Part shown: positions 12,150 to 20,878 of the stretch, piece after piece
Layout of the letters: every line of letters starts with the position of its first letter
Position numbering within the stretch: the first letter of the stretch is position 1
NCBI GenBank assembly: GCA_000934665.2
Contig: KZ538552.1
Span: 1-63,696, forward strand
DNA length: 63,696 bases
DNA from: Catajapyx aquilonaris
Taxonomy: Eukaryota
Direction: 5' to 3'
The notes under the pieces: model-generated
Told to the model about the DNA's origin: nothing
Seen by the model: the letters and a program-made list of their open reading frames with translations, nothing else
Database searches by the model: none
Program-made: the position numbers and the translations under genes

Positions 12150-12475
12150 TTACTCTTTCTTGGTTTCTTGATCCTCCTCCTCCTGCTGCTCTTCCTCAAG
12201 TGCTTTGGCCAGCTGATCAGCTTGAAGCAACTCCACCAGCTCCTCGAAGTTGACTGCCTGTCTTTCGGGAGCAAGCTTCCTCAACAGCACGTTCGGGTTG
12301 AGCGGTGCGTCCAAATCGTCTAGGGGGTCCCTGCTATTCTGATCCTCGTCGCGACCCTGGGTCACCAGACGGAGAAGATATGACTCGTGGGTTTGCCGCA
12401 GGGAATCCACCAAATGCCGGCGTTCTTGTAAGGAGCCCACCTTATGCTGCCCTTGAAGCCGCTTTAGCTTGCCCT
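12150..12475 (-). CDS. CCDC32: CCDC32 homologue, coding exon 2 (terminal)
   Basis: Acceptor ttgcag ends at 12476; phase-1 join gives ...YLASL-E-GKLKRLQG...LRKLAPERQAVNFEELVELL, matching recalled human CCDC32 blocks (YLASLEKKLRRIKG; RWLQPDKVAVSTEEVQYLI); stop TAA 12152-12150. Confidence 0.85.
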
Positions 12476-13050
12476 CTGCAAGCAGAGGGGAGGAAACAAT
12501 GGCGTCTAGTTCCCAAGGGTTCCCTATCTGTCTAGCCCATCGGTCTTATTTATCATGTAGCCGGTACCAACCCTCTTGAGTGCTACTTGGGTATTCAGAC
12601 TTGAACAAACAAACCCGGAGATTGATGTGACCCTGCTGAAGAATTGCCGCCGCCGCGACGGTAGCCTGAAAGCCGCTTTCACCCTCGCAACTCGCATTCG
12701 AATGCCGCGATGATTTACCGTACGGTACTATAACGCCAAATGCATCACACTACATGGAGTCGAGGGGCCAGACAACGTGTTCCGTTAGTAAATGAAAGCC
12801 ACGTGATATCATCATTGAATCGCGGCCACTGATTAGAAATGCACCGCATGGCTAACGATGTTGTCATACATATGCGATTGAACGAAGAAGAGCGTATACA
12901 CTAGCATCACGTAACGAAGTCATTACCATTTTGCATATATGAATCGACCACAAAGCCACAGTCTAGACAGTGAAGCTTCCTAAGGGAGCTAGCGCGGTAA
13001 TTGCACGGGGAAGTGGGGGATTACAGGGCTCCCTGATGTCATCAAAACAG

Positions 13051-13440
13051 AGGGTCGTCCATAAAGAACGTCGCACAGATTTCCCAATGTCACGAACTCT
13101 CCGACTTCCCCTGGCACAGCAAACACGTGATTTTTTGATCTGGGATGGGATATAAGCACTCTTTGCCTACGTGCGCAACTACGAATCAGTAATTGCAATC
13201 AAACATTATCAACTCATTAAAATTACCCCTACCTATTAGACTTTTTCGAAGAAAAAAATCTTATAGACCGGCTGTCTGTCTGTCTGTGGACAGCTATCAG
13301 ACAGACAGGGCCGTGCTATATGATTTTTTTCGAGCTTTTGACGCCTCTCGAACATGAGCACCTCCCACTCCTCACGTCACAATCCGTCACGAGACTCGCG
13401 ACCCACCCAAATCAGCGTGACGTACTTCATGGACGACTCC
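13051..13440. mobile_element. Non-autonomous DNA element (PIF/Harbinger-like TIR family) with internal fold-back
   Basis: Left agggtcgtccataaagaacgtcgcac vs right gcgtgacgtacttcatggacgactcc (~25-bp imperfect TIR); internal inverted repeat 13246-13333 with (CTGT)n/(ACAG)n arms. Confidence 0.6.
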
Positions 13441-13520
13441 GTACTTTGCGTTTTTAATATCATTATCCAATTTCCCTACATATCCCTAAATTTGAGCGTA
13501 ATCAAACTATCCCTAAATCC

Positions 13521-14315
13521 CTAATATCCCACGCGATCCCCGGATTGATACAACCCTTCCCTGAGCACCTGGACCAGTCTGGCCACCGTGACAGCCGGCG
13601 ACAGTAACTTGCCCTCCTCTTTCATCTCTTTCAACTCCCTTTTCAAAGCCGGGTCGGCCGTGTGCCGCATCGCTTCTTCAAACTGATCCGTGGCCACCAT
13701 CCCAGGGGCATAACAAATCACTCCGACCGAGGGTTCCTCCAAGGCCAGAGCCCGAAAGTACATCTCCCGGGCAGCCCTGCTGGTGCAATAGGCGGCCCAG
13801 CTCCTCTCGGGTTTCAAAGCGCAATCTGAAGATATGTTTATCACGGACCGCTTCCCCCGTGTAAACAGATTGAGAAATGCCATGTTCAGGTCGACAACAG
13901 CGAAGATATTCAGCTGATACATGGCCTGATACTTCGACTTGTCTACTTCAAGGATCGGGTTCATTGCCTCGCTGTCCATCATGGCGGCGTTGTGGACGAT
14001 CATTGAGTGGTCAAATTGATCGGGTACGCGGAACAAACCAGATAATGCGCTCTTCAGAATGCCAGTTAGATTTGGACACGTTTCGTTTGCGAGATCGACA
14101 GCAGCTACGCACACTTGTAATCCGGGGCAGGCCGATTCCACCTCAGATTTGGTTTGCTCCAATGCGGCCTCATTGCGGGCCATTAGGACCATTACGGAAT
14201 TGGTACCCAAATTTTGGCCAAATTCGATTGCAATGGCTTTTCCTATCCCTCGACTGGCACCAGTCACCAGGCAAAATGTGGTCATACCCCAGAATTGTTC
14301 AGCAGCAGGGTCCAT
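13521..14315 (-). CDS. SPR: Sepiapterin reductase-like SDR, paralogue 4 (264 aa), nested in the CCDC32 intron on the same strand
   Basis: TGASRGIG, HNAA, NISSDCALKP..WAAYCTSRAARE, LEEP..YAPG, SGDRVGY; intact ORF; acceptor cattttcag ends at 14341. Confidence 0.9.
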   Translation of the reverse strand: MDPAAEQFWGMTTFCLVTGASRGIGKAIAIEFGQNLGTNSVMVLMARNEAALEQTKSEVESACPGLQVCVAAVDLANETCPNLTGILKSALSGLFRVPDQFDHSMIVHNAAMMDSEAMNPILEVDKSKYQAMYQLNIFAVVDLNMAFLNLFTRGKRSVINISSDCALKPERSWAAYCTSRAAREMYFRALALEEPSVGVICYAPGMVATDQFEEAMRHTADPALKRELKEMKEEGKLLSPAVTVARLVQVLREGLYQSGDRVGY

Positions 14316-14953
14316 TTCAATCTCCTTTTTTGTGCCAATTCTGAAAATGAAGGTGGTATGCTGATAATACTACCAGCCCAAGTTATGCCAAATAATAACC
14401 TGGCACAAGCATATCCTTTTTGACCTTCTCTGTCAGTGGCAAACTATTCACCAGGATTTTACCCCAAGGCCTATAGTAATCCTCCCACATATCCAAAACA
14501 TCCTGTTTACTTCAGTCACACACCTAATGGCATCTTTATGGACATCCCTTGGGAGCCTAAATAAGCAGGGTCGTGTTCCCAGTCTACTAGAACTTGGCCT
14601 CTGGTAAGTAAGGTTGTAATTTTGTGATTATTACAATTCTTCCCTATAATCTCTCACATTGGTAATCAATAAAACTACTAAATTGGTCCTGTTGCACATT
14701 GTCCCCTGAACCTGAACTGCAGCCTACTAATCTTTACCAACCTTATATTATCTATTTACTAATATTATTAAAACAAATAAAATAAATAAATCTGATTCTG
14801 TGATTACCTCCACATTCGTGCATTTCAAGTCTCATATATCATCAATATGATTAGCAGCATATCACATAAAATGAAAGTAATTACAACTGATGAACCAGAC
14901 AAGTTTTTGCAACAGGTGGTGAGAATGTCATAAATGTAAGTGCCAATTTTACA

Positions 14954-16108
14954 CACAATGGGCCGAATTTTCGTCTTTTTATTAGCCACTGTTAGTCACT
15001 GTTTAGAGGTTCTGACTATTATCTTACGATGGACGAAATTTTCTTGCTCCTGATTAGGCACTACTAAACATGGAACTGAGTAGTTAATAGTTTAAGTGAG
15101 GTTCGAGACACCTCATGGTGTCTCTTAAGTCACCCCGTCACATGAGAAATGGCCTACGCGGTGACGACTGTTCTACTTGTTCGGTGCCTTCGACGCGGTT
15201 TACGGGTGCCGAGGCGCTACCTGCCCCTCCTGGATGCTTTCATGAGATACAGGGTGATACAACATCCAACCACTTTTGTATGCCAGTCTGCATATACAGG
15301 GTGTTCCAAGTTCATGGGTTGTTTTATTTATAACTGACATTGCCCAAAGTAGTTATTTTTTGTAGCTTGTTGCACCTCTCGTCCCAGATGGTCCCTCATC
15401 GGAGAGCAAAAATAACAGTTATTTAAATAGCTGTTGCTAAAAATACCTGTAAGGATCACCTCTCCCCAGAAGTTCGTCATACCTGAAAGTAAATTTGGAG
15501 CAACAGGATCAGGGCGCAACAGGCTACAAAAATAACTACTTTGGGTGATATTAGTTATAAATGAAACAACCCTCGAACTTGGAACACCCTATATTGGTGA
15601 AGTCAGCAATCGATCTTTTACATCCTGCACCGTGCGATCACACATCTTCCGCTTCTACCTACTTCATACCAAAAATCGCACAGCACGAGCACAAGGAATA
15701 ACCCAGATCACGACCCAGATCTACTGCCCTGAGGCCCTGCTCCATAGTCATGAACGTCACATTGTCCATCACCGCCTTCTCCTTCACTTATAATAATAAT
15801 AATCTGGGTAGTGTTAGACCTCAATCGAGGTGTGCAGCATGGACCTTTATTATACTTGTAGTACCTTCTCCTTCAGTTGTTTACACCGGGAGGCATGTCA
15901 TGCACAGGCGACGCTTGTCAATGGTCACTAGCAAGCACTTAATCGGACTGATTAGGCGAGACAGCACTGGTTTGTAAAATAAAAAGCGGCTAATAGAACG
16001 ACGAAAATTCCACCTTGAACAGTACCACTAAAAGCACGTACATAGTTACTAATTAATCAGTTCTGTATAGGCGCTACTAGAGGAAAGACGAAAATTCGAC
16101 CCATTGCT
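14954..16108. mobile_element. Non-autonomous DNA element with CACAATG-type end (Transib-like), hosting a nested MITE
   Basis: Left cacaatgggccgaattttcgtcttt, right aaagacgaaaattcgacccattg; subterminal copies of gacgaaaatt; right heptamer is degenerate. Confidence 0.5.
15297..15591. mobile_element. Mariner-like MITE (CAGGGTGTTCCAAG family), ~75-bp TIRs, TA flanks
   Basis: TA|cagggtgttccaagttcatgggttgttttatttataact... mirrored by ...agttataaatgaaacaaccctcgaacttggaacacccta|TA. Confidence 0.82.
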
Positions 16109-17188
16109 TCTTAAATTACTCTACACAAAACTATCCACGTGTCATTCTCAACAAAGCTAATTTTTTGTCCAAAATAAAGGCTCACTTTCAAGAAAAAGCA
16201 ACAATGTGTAATGCTGCATTACTATAATCAAGCGCTAATAACTGCTCTTACTATAATATAATGGCTATTACTGTGCAGTAAAGAGGCAGAATAGTAGTTT
16301 ATTATGCAGGGCATGGAGTGATAAGCTGGCCAAGTGGCTTGCAAATTCTCCTATTTAAATGGCAGATACCTGGCATGAAAACTACATAACTACACCATTC
16401 AACTTTCAGGATAAAATGATAAATTCATGGAGTGGAATTTTCATCCCATGGTCACTAGATGACCATTTAATACTCAGAGAGTGGCACAGTCCTCACAAAA
16501 TGCTATGGTGATTATGGGAAGATAGATGTTATCACATGCCCATGTGCATACACAAGTTCTATGAGCACAGCATTACATTTGTTTTCAAGATTCCATTGCC
16601 ACCTTGTTATTGCGACATTTGCCTTCAATCTAATGGGCATGCAAAGTTGAATTTAAAATTCACATGCTACAATGCATTTCAATTATACTCAAGACGCATC
16701 ATTTGCATCCGCCAGTGGTTCTGATGGCTCCTCCATGTGAAATGCCAGGACCTAATATTATGCCATGTAATAAAGATGAAATACAAGCAATTATGTCAGT
16801 GGCATACAAGAGGGGTGGTGACCAGCTAAAATCTACAGAAACTATTTGATCTCTAATATGGATACCAACATCACTGTTGGATAGAAAATAATACACTGGA
16901 CCCAAGATACTGGAAAGTTTGGGCAAGCACTTCTTAATAGTGATTTTTATAAGCAGTGACTTGTCCAAGTGTCAAGTCCCATAAAGACTAAAAATGCATG
17001 TCACAATATTCTGAACCTCAATGACTTAGTAGTACCAGGAGGTAGTACCAAGAAATATTTGATTCTTCCGTGCTCTAATTTAGTGAAAATGGCAACGAAA
17101 GAAGCGAATGTGATAAGTAATGGTGATTTGGAACCTGTTAACATGTCCTAATTTAGTCATGTATGTGCTGGACATTAATTCAGCCCTT

Positions 17189-17423
17189 CTGCTAGCGACA
17201 TTTTCCAATGTGAAAGAAGTGCAAACTGAAGTGATAGAGTGCGAACCGAGTCAGTAAGAAATGGTAGGCCTAGGGTGATGTCACCAGCTGTGGACAAGCC
17301 TTTTTCTCCAAATATTGTCCCCAGCTGGTGATGTCACCCAAGGCCTACCACTTCTTACTCGCACAGCTCGCACTCTATCAATTCGCTTTGCACTTCTGCC
17401 CCACCTGAAAATGTCACTAGCAG
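17189..17423. mobile_element. Fold-back MITE (~235-bp imperfect palindrome)
   Basis: ctgctagcgacattttc...ggtaggcctagggtgatgtcaccagctg mirrored by cagctggtgatgtcacccaaggcctacc...gaaaatgtcactagcag. Confidence 0.7.
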
Positions 17424-18058
17424 TACCACGGAATTAATGTCCAGCACTGTACTAGTCCTAGCCCTAGTCCTTTAGATCCATCAGTTGACAGAGGCAGACC
17501 TGTCCTTTTTCGGTGTTTGAAACTGAGACATACAAGCAGGTCGCCTAGTGGTATGTAAAACCAGGGTGTGGTCGCCGAAACTGAATGTCTAGTTGCCATT
17601 CTTGTTTTAAACATTATGTCACATTTTAAATATTAATTGTTAATTGGGTGCCACAAACACCACAGAGTCACCAAGAGCTTCAACAGGAAACAAATTGAAA
17701 ATGCGACCAGAATCAGAGCAATCATAATTTTATTACTGAAAGAAATGTAATTTCGGGAGGAAAAAGCTAGTCGCCAAAACTTCGATTACCAATTGATAAT
17801 TTTAAGTCGCAAAATGCGACTGGCTACTGCTAATTCCGAACCCTGTCCTTTTTGTCTTTACTGTCTGACAGGTCCGACAGATCTGAAGTACTACGGATAG
17901 AACAAGTGCTAGAACTGTCCCAAGGATGTCATTGGGTTAACCCCCTAGTTAATGTTCATGATGTTATTACAACATGTAATTTGTCTCCTCTTGGCTATTT
18001 TCTTGGGTTGGTTTTTCAGTCTACTGCTAGCTATTTTTAGCAAGGATCGCTGTCAACA

Positions 18059-18162
18059 ACTAGTAACCATGGTAACCTACAACAAAGTTTGCATCAGAGT
18101 CCCGACTAGTACTAGTAACCATGGTAACCTACAACAAAGTTTGCATCAGAGTCCCGACTAGT
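18059..18162 (+). repeat. Exact 52-bp tandem duplication
   Basis: actagtaaccatggtaacctacaacaaagtttgcatcagagtcccgactagt x2. Confidence 0.92.
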
Positions 18163-18565
18163 ACAAGCAAGCTGCTATAGCCAACAAACATCTGGGAATG
18201 CACTTCTGGAACTTCTCATATTTCAAATTTCCATGGAGATGCCCTCATGCAACAAAACCGCAATATTTTTTTTCCTTTCGCTGCATGATGGCGGTATCTC
18301 CACGAAAACAGGAAAAGCGGGAAGGTTCCAGAAGTTCATTCTCAGATGTCCGCTGTTTTAGGACCATTGCACCAGCGCAAAATTCAGGTCTACTCTCATT
18401 ATTAATTGTTGCCAACAATTAACAACATGGACCTGTACCTGTACCTTGCTTGGAATGCAACTGGCCTACAGCAGCATCAAACGAATCACATTGATAACTT
18501 GTAGCCTACTAATAAAAACATGAAACAGCTGGCTCATACTACTTCAGCCGGCTAATTGGGCTCAC

Positions 18566-18755
18566 CAAGTGACGCCAAGTACTGGTCCGAATCAGGTAAC
18601 CTGTCGTGAGTATCTCGCACCACAAAGTGGTCCTCAAAGCCTAGGGTAACAGTAGGAGACGATGATCCTTGGAATGACCCCTCTCCAGTGACACCAGAAT
18701 CAACCTTGTCTTGTTCAGGTCCCCAGGGGCTTTCAAGTGCCGTCTGCTCCGTCAT
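18566..18755 (-). CDS. CCDC32: CCDC32 homologue, coding exon 1 (full protein 171 aa)
   Basis: MTEQTALESPWG...FEDHF...LPDSDQYLASL, then G|gtgag donor at 18565; matches CCDC32 motifs (W, FxDxF, LxDSxxYLASLE); phase agrees with exon 2. Confidence 0.85.
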
Positions 18756-18786
18756 GTCAGTGGTCCAAGGCCACCAGCAACAGAAT

Positions 18787-18859
18787 CTGATTGACACATG
18801 CGTGAGAAACACACGGTTGTAAATATCACCTGAGATTGACTATCGACTACGCAACTTAC
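18787..18859 (-). other. Putative 73-nt 5'-UTR intron of CCDC32 (non-coding leader exon ends at 18860)
   Basis: GC|gtaagt donor at 18859 and tcaatcag| acceptor at 18787, 31 nt before the CCDC32 ATG. Confidence 0.5.
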
Positions 18860-19875
18860 GCCAGGCGCCTGCCCCCTACTTGTTCAAAGGTGGCAGGGTT
18901 TAGAGAAGAATCACTTCAATTGTGGACACATTCATAACAGATGATTCTACTGTCAAACTTGGATAGTAGCTATTTATTTGGAATATTTTGCTCATTTGTG
19001 GGTGTTGGTGATAATTACTTGATAAGTGGAGTAGTGACGTATTGATTTTTGTGACGACTGCTAGCGACATCTGTTGCAATTTGTACTAAGCATCTTGGGC
19101 TTGGTGGGCTGGGTTAGAAAATTGTACTTGACTGCCATCTGGTGGACAAAATTAGGATGCCGTCTACGCTCGACCGTATCTTACTACATACTGTATAAAT
19201 GCAGGGTAAATGGTACAGATTGTCAAAGTATTGTGCAACCTGTTTGAGACAATCAAGTTGATAGCTTCCAACCAATACCACAATTTTGAAATTAATAGCA
19301 ATTCTAAATGCGATGAATAATTCGAGCAAATATTCACTGAGATAATGTTTTGTTGTTAGGCCTACTTTGTTTAGTAAAATCCCTTCTCGGATGTTCTGGA
19401 AGTAGTGACGCTAAATTTAGGTTGCGAAAGTAGGCTATTCTTACATATTTGATGATCAATGCAGATATGACCTGTATGTAACAATTAAGCCTCATAACGT
19501 ATGAAATTCAATTACGCGTATTTTAAAAATGCAACACCTAGGCTATTCAGTTTTGTTGGACCTACTTTCTGAAAGTGGTTTTGCAAGATGCAAGAATTCA
19601 TTTCAGTATATTTACCTAATTTCCGTGTCTTTCAACCTCAGCACTTGCTATACTAATCCGAGAGTATATAGGCCTACAACTGCGCATATTTTTTTAAATT
19701 ATAGCCATTTTAATCGTTATGTTAATTAAAATTTGAATACTACACGGATTTGTCGCAGCGATATCAAACACACGAGTTATCATTGACAATCGTCCTTCCG
19801 AAAAGTCTTACGATATATAGCCCTGCAATGGGTACCAAAATACACCAATTAAATAGGTAGGCTTAATTGGTATTA

Positions 19876-20426
19876 CAGTTGAGAATCCTTTGTCCGAAAT
19901 GCTTGAAACCAGCAGTTTTTCAGAATTCGGATTTTTCGGATTTCGGAATACATATGTAGCCTATGATACAAGTATATTTGCAACTATATGAAATGGAACG
20001 GATTTGGGATGGGATAAATGCCCTATAACGATATCGATATACAGTAAAACTTCTATAATTCGAATCTCCATGGGACCGGAAAAAAAACTTCCGAGTTATA
20101 GAAGATTCGAGTTAGGGGAGTTTATTTCCTATTCTTTTACATTGTGACCAACCAAGCTATAAGTCGAATAATATTATTATTCGACTTATAGAGAACTTCG
20201 ACTTAGGGAAGTTTTACGTGCATTATTTTCTTAATAGAGATTATGTATAAACCCTGTAGGTAGTTTTATATACATTATAAATATTTTTTATACGTGCAGG
20301 TGCAGGTAATGACGCTAGTAATGTCACATTCACATGTAATTTTCTATTTGTGGTGCGTCATGTCAGGTGTCAGCACTCAAAAAACTTTCGGACTTCGGAA
20401 TTTCGGATAAAGGATTATATCAACCG
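19876..20426. mobile_element. pogo/Tigger-type non-autonomous element resembling Tigger4 (Zombi/MER46) ends, TA TSD
   Basis: TA|cagttgagaatcctttgtccgaaatgcttg...ttcggatttttcggatttcggaata ... ttcggaatttcggataaaggattatatcaaccg|TA; related end fragment near 34775-34812. Confidence 0.7.
20042..20220. mobile_element. pogo-like MITE nested in the Tigger-like element
   Basis: TA|cagtaaaacttctataattcgaa ... ttcgacttagggaagttttac; repeated ttcgaSttatag subterminal motifs. Confidence 0.65.
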
Positions 20427-20878
20427 TATTCATAAAATATCACTGAGCATGAGCTACAGGTAGGCCTACGTATTATTTAAAAAGAATTATGTCTTTATTT
20501 TTATTGTTTATTGCAAGGTATTACAACTTCACGGATTAGGTTAGGTTTGATATTGGGAAAAAAGTGATGTTAATACTGAGTGTCTTACAATAGCTATAGG
20601 TTCTCGCCTTATGTTCCGCAACAATACAATCCACACTTGCGACATAAAAATTCCTGCATTTTTCAATGTCAAAATCCCGATTAATATACCTTGTAAATCT
20701 AGAAATAGTTTTTTTCCCCAGTCTGATAATATATTGTCACGTGAAAAAATTTGCCTGTCGTTATACATAAATCATCAGTGTAAAAATATGCACATTTAAC
20801 CATCTCACGAAAGAAAACGATTAATGACGTGCTAGAGCGCTGCGCCGCTGCGTCATACACTACAAGCACTACTATATT

